A stretch of DNA of 64,000 nt, taken from the NCBI GenBank assembly GCA_964187785.1, contig OZ076409.1, positions 48,982,001 through 49,046,000 on the forward strand, written 5' to 3'. Made by a program: the position numbers and the translations under genes. Of the stretch, positions 23,246 to 34,655 are shown in pieces. The DNA is from Amphiscolops sp. MND2022 (lineage: Eukaryota). Numbering within the stretch: position 1 is the stretch's first letter; each line of letters starts with the position of its first letter. The notes beneath the pieces are model-generated. The model made no database searches, was not told where the DNA came from, and worked only from the letters and a program-made list of their open reading frames with translations.

Positions 23246-23723
23246 CGCTTGATATGCAAATTATCGTATATTTGTCATAACGCTGCATGTAATTCATTGT
23301 GTATTTGCTTTCCAAAATCTCTCTCGCTTTCACTGTGTAATTACCATTGTTTGCGCATATGTCACTCAGATTATCTCACGTTAATTAATCATACCAAACA
23401 CTCTGGCAGTAGTGAATGGCATTTAATTGACCAATCAGCGGTCAGTACAAACTATACCGCTTTCCAAAACCAGATTTCATTTTGCTCTTTTGCCTTTAAT
23501 TGTTACGCCACGCCTTTCGTTTTAATTGAAAACGTTGAAGTTCTGTCCACTGTTAATTCTAAAAGTTGCTGTCTATTTAGTTTCAGTTTTCATTGTTTAG
23601 TAATCTCTGTATCCCTTAATTCAACTCCTCTCAGCAAATTGAAGTGTACTTCTTGTGTTGTTATCATCATTAAAATTGTTTTCCTCCCCTGTCGATCATC
23701 AATCAAATTATCCCTTCTTGCAA

Positions 23724-26700
23724 TTGGATTCATTCGTTTTGGACTCTCCCAAACGCCGGAAAACAAGGAAGGATCAGCCCTCTCGTCGGGAACGTGCTTC
23801 TTGGTGCTACAAGAGTCCGTCGAGTACTACTCCTGGTTAGTTCAACTCAATTTGTTTCAGATTTTCAATTTTGAATTAAGGTTCGGTGAATTTTGAATGA
23901 TAGTTAGTTGGCCAGACTAATATCAGAGTTGATCAGATTTTAATCTTGATCAGATTTGAGGAATTTTTTGAACGCTTCCGTTCTTAGTTTCGAACGACTT
24001 CCGTTTTCATTTCCTGTTTCCGTATCCAAAAACTAGTGATTATCAAACGGGTTCCGTCCTTTTGACCCATTTATTTTCTAAAACGGATCATTTGTTTTAG
24101 TCGAACTTGGATCGACTCAAACGTCTCCTGGTCGCTCACCGACGAAAATTTATCATCCTCTTCAAGTTGTTTCCCCTGACGACCAGCAACAGACTGACTG
24201 TCCTGAGACACCAGATCTTGCTCAGTTACAGATTGATGAGACAAAGAAATCCCCTGTCATTGAAGTACGCGAAATTACTGCACAAGGGACAGAAGTCACC
24301 TTGCCTGCGTTGAATCAACCTCCTTTCTCTGCTAGTTGTTCGGTACGTCAAATCGTTAATTCTGAAGCGACTGATATGGATCTCACTCCTACTCTTTTTA
24401 ATCAAGACGCTGTTACTGAGGAGATTGTCCCATCTTCTTCTCAGATCCCCTCTCCTCAATTCTCCCAGTTCCTAGCTTATTCTCGGAACCAGACGCTAGA
24501 TCCACCCTCGCCTCGAGTCGTAGGCTTAGATGCTCCTGATCAAAGGCAGATGTGTACTCCACTTAGTGAGAATCTAGAGAACTCCAACGGTGATACCCAT
24601 GCCAATACTGAACCTTGTGGACTCAGTGTCACACGACAAGAAGTCATGTTATAATCCAACATGCTCGGTAGAATTCCCCGGAGTTTCCTAGCTGGTGGAG
24701 ATGAACAAGCAACGTCTCTTCCTTTCAGCATCGTCGAGAGTCCTTCTAATTTTGGTACGGCATTACCTTTAACCTCTAGCCAGGATGAAAGGAACGCACA
24801 ATCGTCGCCTGGAAATTCTACACAGGATCCTCAGAATCCTGATCAGTCAACTTTGCGGAAAAGGCAACGACCGAGATACTCTCTAAAAACTCATATGTTC
24901 CACAAACATCCGGTTTTAAAATTCTCTGCTACTGGACCAATTGATCCAGAGAAAACACCATACAAGTGGTGGTGCCGGGTTTGTCGGTCCGAACTGTCTC
25001 TAATGAGCAGGGGAACACTTGAGCTGATGGCACACTACCGTTGTGATAGTCATTACATCAAGGAACATCGTATGAGGATGGAAATCCCAGGAATGGCCCT
25101 ATTTGACAAGAATGAACGAGAGTTACAGGGTATGGCTTTGATTGAAGCTAAGAAGGTTGCAAAAAACACTTATCCCATTGCTCCTCAATTGGATAGCTTA
25201 CGACCTTACGGTGGGCATGTGGACAGTTTGACAGGAATTTACGACGGGATTTCTCGTCTATCCAGGAACAATCAGCTGCCTGTTCAAAACTTGGATCAAC
25301 ACCGCATTTATGTAAGTCTCGTGTTTAAGTTTTCAGTTCTGCATATTTCTCTTATAAGGGGTAATTGTTGTTCTGATTGAAGTGGGGTGGAAATAATTTG
25401 CTGAGTTTTAACAAGTTTGATTTTGAAATTTTTTCACACTAATCATTGTTTCTATCTGTTCACAGGGAGTCCTGATACACATGTTTCGGGAGCTTATTGA
25501 CTATTCTGTGACAGCTTGCGCTTCCTCCGGGATTTATTCACTATCTCTTGAAAAATTTCCCACCAATGATCTCGCCATCGTTTCCTTTTGGAGTGGTAAT
25601 GTCCTACACAGAATTTGTCTTGGAACAGGACCACGCGGGCTACTAATCCCAAAGAAAATCCTTGGTTTGGTGGCATCGTTCATTACTCTTTTTGAGAGCC
25701 CCCCGAACTGTGTGTGTCTTGTCGGAATGGGGGACAAACTTAACCAATGCCTCACTTCAACCCTACCAGGAACCAAGCGTCCTAATTTGGCTCACTCGTT
25801 TGGTCCGAACGATTTCGAGAAATGTCTTGCCGGCCCCACAGTAAACATCATCGAGCGCCACGACTTCCGGTCCATACTTGATTTCCTCTTGATGAAGCTG
25901 GGGACAGCACTTGACCGAGACTGGCTACAGTCCCTCCCTCTTCTTCATAAGGTTTTCATCTTCTTCTATTTCATTGTAATTATACATTCATAGATAATGA
26001 TTGCTTCGCTTTATCTTTTAGTGCGTCTTGAGTCTCCAGTATTCTCTCAGCGAAGCATCAGGACTTATTGAGTGTCTTTCCTCCAACTGGAACAAGATAC
26101 GTGATCATTTAGCCCAAGTCTCTAGACTACCGAAGTACCGCTTCCATATGCGAGAGGTTAATTTGAATATCATTTTTAGTGATATACAACTCATCTGCAT
26201 CGTTTCCATTGTTTTGAGTGTTGTTTTAGCCAAGCACCCTCGACGAATGCTTCAGGCTCGACACAGCATATCTTGCAAGATTGTTTATCATCCGGTGTGC
26301 TATTGATCACTGTTAGTATGTTGTTTTGCTGATTGATTTTTTTTACTCCATACATTTACGATTTTCTCAATGCGCACGAATTTTCCACCATATTTTGTCT
26401 AATTTGGGTCAGAAATGATCGTTTTTCAATAATACCAATTTTTAATCCGCCGTGCACTCCTGCTCTGATCATTGGAGAATACTATTTGACTGTTTCCATT
26501 AGCCGTGTTCTTTATTTTAGCTACGTGTAGCCTCCATGACTTTTATGCGAACAATCTCTCCTTTTCCGCATAGTGACGTATATGCGAGTTGTCTCGATCC
26601 GCATGATAACGTATATGCGTATCACCTCGATCCGCGCAATAACGCATGAACGGATTACCTCGATCCGCATAACAACGTATATGCGTTTTATCTCAAACTG

Positions 26701-27911
26701 CATTTTAACGTATTATTTCTCTTTGTCTAATACTAATGTGTGTTTGACCATTACGTCATCGTTGTTCAGAGTTGCAATAGCGTTGTGTTTCAGATGATTC
26801 AGCCTTTTCTGCCATTGAGACACAAGCTGGATATGGATTCAGACTGTTCAATCAGTACACTGTGTTTCTATATAGTCAACTGCAGAATATCCTTCCCGAT
26901 AGCTCTCTTGGGGCTATAACTGACTGGGATAGATACATATCACTTGATTTCACAGATCCTGCTTTGCCATTCAAGTCGCCTGATGAATTTATCCTGAACG
27001 AAGATTTCCACAAACTAGTGTTAGCTAGTAAGTTACCACGTCCCAGCAAGTTTGTAGAACAATCTATTTCCTTTTGCAAAGCCTTTTGCAAAGATTTACT
27101 GGATCATGAGCTGGTTCAATCTAACTTGGCACGTGGTATGGCTGCATTTGATTTAGCAGTAATGGTGGAGGGTCCAGAGACCAATTACGTCAGCGCTATT
27201 GAAAAATTGAGTACTCATTTCGTGTCGACCGGATGGTTATCCCCCAGCGAGAAAGTCAAGGTGGTGAGCCAGTACAGGGCTTTTGTCACTCTGTTGCGTG
27301 CTAGTCCTTTGCCTGAGGTCAATGATTTAGTCCAATTTCTTGCTACACACTACGAGATGCAAAACAGGCCTGAATTGTATCAGTTATTCCGTTACTCTTG
27401 TCTCTGTTTGCCAAGCAATGTCAGTTTGCCTACTTCATTTGAAGTACCCATTGCCCAGTTGGAGTCTGGCAATGAAGTGTTGCGTTCTTGTGTTACAAGT
27501 TTACAATTGTCCTACCAGGCAGTACCGAATGTTTCAAATTTGTACCGGGACCCACGTACCATCAATCGTCTGTTTCGACTTTTAGGGAGAGGACCAGAAC
27601 TGCTTACTGACAAAAAATTCTCAGTGTGGAATATCCTCAAAAGCAGTGGGCCCAAGCGGAATAACCTTCAGGGGAAATTTGAGGCTGCATATCGCAAAGC
27701 AGTGCTCAAATTGGATAAGCCAGTAGTGCCTTCTAACGCTTCAACCCCTACTATTAGTCGTTCCAATAGTGGTAGCAGATCTCCGGTTTCTGATCCTGCT
27801 TTGGGACGGGCTATAGTTCCTGTGTCTCGATGTGCTAACGACAATGAAGAAGAAGGAGGAAGTGCTCCCAAAGGGGCGAAAGTTAAAACTTCTCGAGGGA
27901 AGCGAAGTTAA
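23724..27911 (+). pseudogene. Antisense spliced accessory gene of element B (~1047 codons), homolog of the element A gene
   Basis: Predicted exons 23724-23835, 24101-25311, 25466-25951, 26022-26156, 26230-26311, 26794-27911 with GT..AG introns and consistent phases. CRVC-x16-H-x5-H finger; NLS-like PKRRKTRK in exon 1. In-frame TAA at 24652-24654 and TTG where the start ATG is expected (23724). Confidence 0.82.
26560..26715 (+). repeat. 33-nt tandem repeat in the last intron of the B antisense gene
   Basis: Units like TCGATCCGCATGATAACGTATATGCGTATCACC; CGYAT-N5-CGYAT at 26567, 26600, 26666. Confidence 0.85.
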
Positions 27912-28089
27912 TTTAGACATCTTTGTTTTGCTACAAACTATTTATATATTATAGTTGTTTGTTGTTTTGTTGATTGATCAGTCCAGTTGCATTTCTATTA
28001 TTTATCTGATGTCGTTGGCAAATTTCGCACATTATTAAAGTACACTCAACGTGCGAGAGGAAAAGAAAAAAGATTGTTTGTTCTTGTTT

Positions 28090-31000
28090 TCAGTATCTGT
28101 ATGAGTCAGAGTAGTTTGGGTTGGGATTAGGTCGTAAGTTGTATTTTTCACCACGGGTATTTATGGGATCTTCTTGCAATGGGGTATTTTGGGAATTTTC
28201 TGGGGTTTTCTGGATATCATCATTAGTTGAAGTATTTGCATCTTTTTGAATTTTTTGGGTGTTGACATCTTTATTTAATTGTTGGGGATTTTCGTCAGCA
28301 TGATTTTCCTGGTTTTGGTCTGGTACAGTGGTCTGTTCCACTGGGCTCCCCCCACTATTTTTTGAAGATACAGGGGAGGGAGGGCGGCTATTTTCAGGTA
28401 GTTGAATTGGAATATAATCAGTTTCTTCAGTATTTTGTAGGGAATCTGAAGGACTATCATCAAACGGATTTGAACCAAAGTTCGTGTTCCATGATTGGGC
28501 ATATAGATCATCATTTGCTATAGGCATTTGGTCATCTTTTTGCCAATCGGCTTCACGAACAAAAACATCGGCCAATGGGGCTTGCGGGGTGAATTTCCGC
28601 AAACGGATCCTGTGTAGCAGTTGTGTTTTATTCGTGCCAAGTCTCCGTACAATGTAATTATTGTTAGGGAGCACTTTTTCGACTTTATATGGTCCACACC
28701 ATCTGAATTCTCGAAATGGTATTTTCGTTGCTTGTGTATCAGCTTTCGGATTAAGAATGTAGCAGTAATCTGTTGTTTCAAGCGGAGCTGCTTTTGCTTT
28801 TCGGTCATAGTAGGCCTTATATTTAAGGTAAGATTGCATGATGTTCTTTTTGGTTTGGTCTAGAAGAGTCTTCATGCGTTTTTGAATTTCCTCTGCTACA
28901 TCAGCTTGCGGGTGGTATTTTGGGTTGGGGTTATATCCAAGTTTGTAATCGAGTATATTGTGTGGTATTCTACCATGGAAGACTCGTGAAGGTTCACAAC
29001 CGAGTGATGCGTGGTGTGTTGTGTTGTGATTAAGGACTGCCAAAGGGAGATATTTATGCCAGTTATTCCTGAATTCGCCTGTTGCGGCTTTGAGGTGTGT
29101 TTTGACTGAAGCATGAGTTCTCTCAAGGAGTCCTATTGTTTGAGCATGTTTCATCGTTGCGTGTTTGAGTTCAATTCCGAGCACTGCCTCAACTTCATGC
29201 GTTATTTGTGCATTGAATTGAGTTCCTAAGTCAGTGATTATTGTTGTTGGAAGGTATGTGTGCTTGCATAAGATGTCCATGATAACCCTGGATACTGCCG
29301 TTGCATTGATTTTTGTGACTGGATAAGCAAATAGATATCTAGAGAAGACATCTATTGCTGTGATAATGTGATCATAGCCTCCACTGGGAGGAAGGTTAGG
29401 TAAAATGTCCATCTGTAGAATGTCTTCTGGGCCAAGATCCCATTCTGGACAATTCAGGAGTTCTGTCCTGAGGAGATCATTGTTGATACGTTTTGTTTGG
29501 ATACAAATTTGGCAGTTACTAACCCATTTCTTGATGTATTTTGCCATACTTGGGTAGTAATATTTCTGTCTGGCTTCTTGTATCATTTTCGTGATACCCG
29601 GGTGGTTTGAATTATGGCCATGGAGAGCTTGAAGGAATTCATCTAAGAGTTGAATCGGAAGAAGTATTTGGTAATGAGATATTGTTCCAGTATTTGTGTA
29701 ATATTTTCTGGTGAGTACCTCTTGTTTGATTTCTATTCTTGTTATATTTTGTAGGTAGTGATGGTATCTGTAGTCTGATGCTAATTCATTTTCGTCGAAG
29801 GGGTCACCTTCAATTTTGGCTCGTAAGTTCCTGAGGACTATGTCGTTATTCTGCTCCAGACGTATTCTTGCATTGTCTTTGAAGTATCCGGATGATACTG
29901 CAATTAACCCTGATGTGGGTTTGTGAAATTGTTGTAGCTCAGAGACGGTATTTTCTGGTTCATTGTGGGTTTCCGTTTGGGCTTGATTTCGGACGTTTTG
30001 CTTTTCTTCCCAGAGTTGATTTTCGTCTATTTCATCATCTGGGAGGATGTAGATTTGTTCTTCTTCAACAATGCCTGTTGATTGGATATTGACTTCGATT
30101 GCTTTCGTGTGGATGTCATTACGAATGGTCATCTCTAGTTTTTCAGTTGGGTCGGCTTCTGTTCTAGAAAGGAAGTCGGCAGCTGTATTCATCGATCCAG
30201 CGACATGGGCGATTACAAAATTATACTGTAAGACGTAATCACAAGCATTCCAAAGTGCTGGAGGGATCATTTTTGTTTGAAAAAAGCGGGTCACTGAACG
30301 GTTGTCTGTAAACACAATTACTGGGAAGGTGCTTCCCCACATGAGGTGTCCAAATTCGACAAATGCAAAGTATATGGAAAGGAATTCCTTTGCATAAATT
30401 GACATTTTCGTTTGAGTTGGGTTGAAGGTTTTTGAACCAAATGCTATGGGTGCATATGTTTTACGTCTCGATTGGAGTTTTTGGTTCGGGTCGTCTTCAA
30501 TCATGATTGCATATCCAGCTGCGGTGAAACTTGCGTCGGACATGACTATAAGTTGTTTGTTCTTCAGTGGTTGTTTGAGCGCTAATTGACAGGAATTTTC
30601 CAGGAGTTTGTTAAGGTTCGCGAAGTCTTCTACCAAGTTTGTTGGTACGTAGAATTTGGGTGTTTCTTTGAGAAGTTTGAAGAACGGAGAAAGCCGTTCG
30701 GACAGGCGTGGTATATAATTTCGGTAATAGTTTAGGAATCCGATATACCTTTGTAGCGCCTTTTTTGATTTGGGAAATCGGAGTTTTGAGAGGAAATCTT
30801 TGACTTTATCAGCTTGAGGAGCTACTCCTGCGGGTGTGATGGTGCGACCCAGAAAGTCGACCTGTTTGACTCCGAAATGGCATTTGGACATAGAGAGTTT
30901 TAGTCCTGCATTTCGGATACATTCGAAGACGGTTTTGATGTTTGCACACAATTGTTTTGTATCGTTTGCTGCTATGCCGATGTCATCGACATATTGGGCG

Positions 31001-33081
31001 CATTGGTCAGCTTTAATTGCTCTGTCCAGGTATTCTCTCATGAAGCTAGAAAATGCAGAGAGTGATCTGCTGAGACCCTGGGCGAGGCGACGATATGCAA
31101 ATGTTCTGCTCGCAAAGTTGAAGGCAAGCATCTGGATGGATTGGTAATCTGCCATTTGTAGGCAGTGGTAAGCCTGGGAGCAGTCTAATTTGCAGAAGTG
31201 TTTTTTCCCTGCCATGTGTTGGGCTGCATCAGATAAAGTGCTTACCGGGTGGTTATTGTTTGTGTAATCTTCGGTGATGAGATTATTGATTTTTCTGAGG
31301 TCTACTAATAGTCTAAGGCGCCCATTTGGTTTGCGTTGTGCAAAAATTGGGCTTGCGTACTTAGAAAATGGTAGAGTTGTAATGATACCATATTTGTGCA
31401 GAAGTGCAAGTTCTACAGTGATATCATCTTTGAGGTTGATAGGAGTTGGCAGACTTTGGCTATAAGCTGGTCTGTCATCGTTTGGTGTAAGCTTGACTTT
31501 GAACTCACGATTTATGCCTATATCGAAACGATGTCTGGCAAAAATATCGTGAAACTCAACGAGAATCTCTTCAATTTCTTGTCGTTCGTCTGGGCTGAGT
31601 GTTGTGTCGGACCAGTCAAAATTTGAGAGGAAGGCTTTCCTAGCTGACTCATTATCATGTGGGTTCAGTTTTTCGAGTTCCTTTAATTCGAGAAGTTCGT
31701 TGTATATTCTCTGTTGAATTGGGGTATAACTAGCTGGGTCACCTGGTTCTTCAGGGGTTGGGAACCAGTATGATTCTTGGTCAGTGTTTGGTTGTGGGAC
31801 TTTTAGTAGTTCGTTTATGTATACTTCTGTTGGTTCTTCATATTGTATCATGAAGGATAGCAACGCTGGGTCCACTGGTTGGATGTGTTTGATTTGTTCT
31901 GGTGTAAGTATCTTGAAATCCGCTAAATGGGTGTCAAGGGTTATTGTATATGGTAGGTCAGAAAAATTGATGATTTGATATCCGATAGCATTGTTATTTA
32001 CAGTGCTAAGTGATGCTGTGATAAAAATGCTATCATGGTTTTCAAATTGTTGTGATGGTGTTACAATTCCTGTGGCATTATGGTCCATCAAATGGGGCAT
32101 TTTGCTTGCTATGGCAAGTGTTTCTCCTGGTTGTAGGGTGTAGGTATTTTCGGCGAATAATGGTGTTGCTTGACGTATTGCTGTTTGGGTGTCAGGTTTG
32201 AGTTGCATTGACAGATAGGGAAATGTTAAGATGCCTTGGTTGACATCAAAGATTGCATTATTTCTGCGGAGGAAACACAATCCTATTAGCGGGTTTGGTA
32301 GATTTTTCATGATGATGAAGTTTTCTTTTAACATGAAATCAGCCACTTCGAATTCTAGTAAGACTGTACCAATGGGGACTTCTAATTGTCCATTTGCCAC
32401 CATAATTTGGAAGTTAGGTGGGGGACCAGTTTCTTTGATTGCTTCATTTGCTAATAACTTGATTTTATTGAGGTCCTGTTCGGAGATTGCACTTGTAAGG
32501 GCTCCGGTATCAATAAGACCATCAAGTGTAAGTTTTTCGAAGTCCATTGGAATGTAGTACATGTGGCGTTTTCGTTTCAATGTCAAAGAAGTTGAGATTG
32601 GAAGGTATGACAAGTTTCGTTCCTTGTCGAATTGTATATGTTCAGTAAGATCTTCATTTAAAAGAGGTTGTTTTTTATCATTGCAAGAAGTTTTTATTGT
32701 GACGTGATGTTCTGTTATGTGTTGGATTTCTGAGTTCGATTCGGTTTCAGGGTTGTTTGTTTGTTGGAGAAAGTAGTTGTCTGGGGCATTGTGTAAGAGT
32801 TCGTACAAGTCGTCAGGTTGAGTTTCTAGTGTCGATTGTTGCGAATTTTGTGTCGTTAATTCAGTTTCGCAAACTACTGTTTTTGCAGGTTTTGGGCTTA
32901 GCTGATGCTGCCAGTCATCTGCTAAGTTTTGCTTTTGTGGTGAATTTGTATGAAGGCGTGGCGTTTCTAGTTTAAATCCTTCGACGAGGATTGTTGGTGT
33001 CGTTCCATTTTTGGTCTGATGGGTTTTTTGGCTTGTTTGTATTCTTCTATGACTTTCTTTTGTGCTTCTGTTAGGGTCCAT
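28090..33081 (-). CDS. pol: Pol of element B (intact; likely expressed by -1 frameshift at 32970-32976)
   Basis: LIDTGA protease, YVDD RT, SDAS RNase H, HGHNSNH..CQIC, D,D35E and GPY integrase; no internal stops. Confidence 0.96.
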   Translation of the reverse strand: MDPNRSTKESHRRIQTSQKTHQTKNGTTPTILVEGFKLETPRLHTNSPQKQNLADDWQHQLSPKPAKTVVCETELTTQNSQQSTLETQPDDLYELLHNAPDNYFLQQTNNPETESNSEIQHITEHHVTIKTSCNDKKQPLLNEDLTEHIQFDKERNLSYLPISTSLTLKRKRHMYYIPMDFEKLTLDGLIDTGALTSAISEQDLNKIKLLANEAIKETGPPPNFQIMVANGQLEVPIGTVLLEFEVADFMLKENFIIMKNLPNPLIGLCFLRRNNAIFDVNQGILTFPYLSMQLKPDTQTAIRQATPLFAENTYTLQPGETLAIASKMPHLMDHNATGIVTPSQQFENHDSIFITASLSTVNNNAIGYQIINFSDLPYTITLDTHLADFKILTPEQIKHIQPVDPALLSFMIQYEEPTEVYINELLKVPQPNTDQESYWFPTPEEPGDPASYTPIQQRIYNELLELKELEKLNPHDNESARKAFLSNFDWSDTTLSPDERQEIEEILVEFHDIFARHRFDIGINREFKVKLTPNDDRPAYSQSLPTPINLKDDITVELALLHKYGIITTLPFSKYASPIFAQRKPNGRLRLLVDLRKINNLITEDYTNNNHPVSTLSDAAQHMAGKKHFCKLDCSQAYHCLQMADYQSIQMLAFNFASRTFAYRRLAQGLSRSLSAFSSFMREYLDRAIKADQCAQYVDDIGIAANDTKQLCANIKTVFECIRNAGLKLSMSKCHFGVKQVDFLGRTITPAGVAPQADKVKDFLSKLRFPKSKKALQRYIGFLNYYRNYIPRLSERLSPFFKLLKETPKFYVPTNLVEDFANLNKLLENSCQLALKQPLKNKQLIVMSDASFTAAGYAIMIEDDPNQKLQSRRKTYAPIAFGSKTFNPTQTKMSIYAKEFLSIYFAFVEFGHLMWGSTFPVIVFTDNRSVTRFFQTKMIPPALWNACDYVLQYNFVIAHVAGSMNTAADFLSRTEADPTEKLEMTIRNDIHTKAIEVNIQSTGIVEEEQIYILPDDEIDENQLWEEKQNVRNQAQTETHNEPENTVSELQQFHKPTSGLIAVSSGYFKDNARIRLEQNNDIVLRNLRAKIEGDPFDENELASDYRYHHYLQNITRIEIKQEVLTRKYYTNTGTISHYQILLPIQLLDEFLQALHGHNSNHPGITKMIQEARQKYYYPSMAKYIKKWVSNCQICIQTKRINNDLLRTELLNCPEWDLGPEDILQMDILPNLPPSGGYDHIITAIDVFSRYLFAYPVTKINATAVSRVIMDILCKHTYLPTTIITDLGTQFNAQITHEVEAVLGIELKHATMKHAQTIGLLERTHASVKTHLKAATGEFRNNWHKYLPLAVLNHNTTHHASLGCEPSRVFHGRIPHNILDYKLGYNPNPKYHPQADVAEEIQKRMKTLLDQTKKNIMQSYLKYKAYYDRKAKAAPLETTDYCYILNPKADTQATKIPFREFRWCGPYKVEKVLPNNNYIVRRLGTNKTQLLHRIRLRKFTPQAPLADVFVREADWQKDDQMPIANDDLYAQSWNTNFGSNPFDDSPSDSLQNTEETDYIPIQLPENSRPPSPVSSKNSGGSPVEQTTVPDQNQENHADENPQQLNKDVNTQKIQKDANTSTNDDIQKTPENSQNTPLQEDPINTRGEKYNLRPNPNPNYSDSYRY

Positions 33082-34655
33082 TTTGGTGGACGGTTTTCCA
33101 TATTGGCACCGAAGTAACAGTTTTCTTCGTCATGTCCGGGGGTTTTGCAATTGTGACATTTTTCGGCATCCGGGTCTTCCTCAAGTTTACGCCGTTTTGC
33201 TAGTTTGGGGCAGTCCGTCATCATGTGGCCTGTCTCTTTACAGTAACGGCATTGGTCTTTCTTGAGGGTTTTATCTGGTACTGTTTTTGGGGTTTGTTTT
33301 TTAGCATTGTCATTTTGTTTTTTGTTGGATTTTTCAGTGTTTTCTGCTTTTTTGGTAACGGTCATTTGGGTTTTGACAAGGGGCTCGTCTGCCTCAAGAC
33401 CGTTAAGTTCCATCTCTCGTTCAAGATGTTTAACTATTTGATCATACGTTCCATTCTCAAGGTAGGCCTGATTAATGGATTTTTTAAGGTGGGGAGGCAT
33501 TTTTGCGTAGAGTAGGTTCTCAATCATTTGGTGGGCGTTCTCCCCAAACGCTTTTTCGGCACTTTCTTGGAGTTCTTCTAAAAAATCCGAAAGTTTCTGG
33601 TTCTCTGGGTCGAATGAGAGTCTGTGAAATCTGTGTTTTGCAGAAGCGCTAGACTCCGGTTTTACATATTTCCTTTGGAAGACTTTTAGTATGTCTTCTA
33701 AGGTTGTTGTTGGTGTTCTTTGTATGTTTTTAAAGGTTTTGAGGGCCAAACCTCTGAGATGGGCGTGAAAATGGTTAATTTTCATGTACTCTGTTAGGTT
33801 TGGTTGCATTCGAAGTGTTGTATGAAACAAATCTTCGAAGTATTCAAATTTTTCGTTCTTCTCATTTTTTCCATTGAAGGTGAGTGTATTCTTGGGATGA
33901 AATAGCGATTGTGGGGAATTTTTGTTTGCCAATTTTTCTATGGCAAGTGCGATCTGGTTAACTGGGTCAAGTGGTTTTGCTGTCAAGTTTGACATGTGGT
34001 CTGCGTGGGATCCAATTGTGTCATTTAATTTCTGGGAACTTTGTCTATGGAGTTGTCGGTTGGCTCCTGTCACCATGTGATAATCCTCACCTAGGCTCTC
34101 TGCGTCAGACTCTTCGTCTGAGTGTATAGTTACATCTACATCGGACTCACTTCGAAACAAAAGCTTTGCGGGATGTTTTAAGTCTCTCATTTTTGAAGCC
34201 TTGGGAGGAAAATCCTCGTTTTCAGAATCTGGATTCTCGATATTAGATGCGCGAACTCCTATAGACTCATCTATTCTAGATCCCGATTGCTGATTTTCTT
34301 GTATTTCATTTATGTCTGATCTTGGGTTTGTCGCTGTTGATGAGCTTTTGTTAGTTTTTATTTCCCTTAGAATTGCTTCTAATTTGTTATCCATTTCTTC
34401 TCGCATCTTTTCAATTCTGTCATTGCTTTTTTGTTCCATTATTTGGGTCCAAACTTGTATCTCATTGCTAATTTGGCTAGGTTCAACCAAGCTGTTCTCA
34501 GGGTTATTTTCGCCTAAATTACTTTGAATAACTGTATCATTATTAGTTAAAGTCACATTACCTGATATTGGTGTCTCTGCCTGAGTTCTCTCCATTTCCC
34601 TTTCTGGGGATGGAGTTTCTAGCCTTCTAGATCGTCTATTTCTTTTGTTTCCCAT
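32967..34655 (-). CDS. gag: Gag of element B (562 aa)
   Basis: Gag core similar to A (FNGKNEK...FEYFEDLF); knuckles CRYCKETGHMMTDC and CHNCKTPGHDEENC; ends at slippery U UUA AAC (32970..32976). Confidence 0.93.
   Translation of the reverse strand: MGNKRNRRSRRLETPSPEREMERTQAETPISGNVTLTNNDTVIQSNLGENNPENSLVEPSQISNEIQVWTQIMEQKSNDRIEKMREEMDNKLEAILREIKTNKSSSTATNPRSDINEIQENQQSGSRIDESIGVRASNIENPDSENEDFPPKASKMRDLKHPAKLLFRSESDVDVTIHSDEESDAESLGEDYHMVTGANRQLHRQSSQKLNDTIGSHADHMSNLTAKPLDPVNQIALAIEKLANKNSPQSLFHPKNTLTFNGKNEKNEKFEYFEDLFHTTLRMQPNLTEYMKINHFHAHLRGLALKTFKNIQRTPTTTLEDILKVFQRKYVKPESSASAKHRFHRLSFDPENQKLSDFLEELQESAEKAFGENAHQMIENLLYAKMPPHLKKSINQAYLENGTYDQIVKHLEREMELNGLEADEPLVKTQMTVTKKAENTEKSNKKQNDNAKKQTPKTVPDKTLKKDQCRYCKETGHMMTDCPKLAKRRKLEEDPDAEKCHNCKTPGHDEENCYFGANMENRPPKWTLTEAQKKVIEEYKQAKKPIRPKMERHQQSSSKDLN

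Noticed and set aside
23046..23333. Minus-strand ORF with SSEDAYSSTYG repeats, and plus ORF 23129..23896
   Set aside because: By-products of the 33-nt tandem repeat and AT-rich DNA; no protein-like features.
23123..26715. 33-nt repeats or the 60-bp LTR array as CRISPR arrays
   Set aside because: Degenerate tandem units without unique spacers, no cas genes, eukaryotic context.
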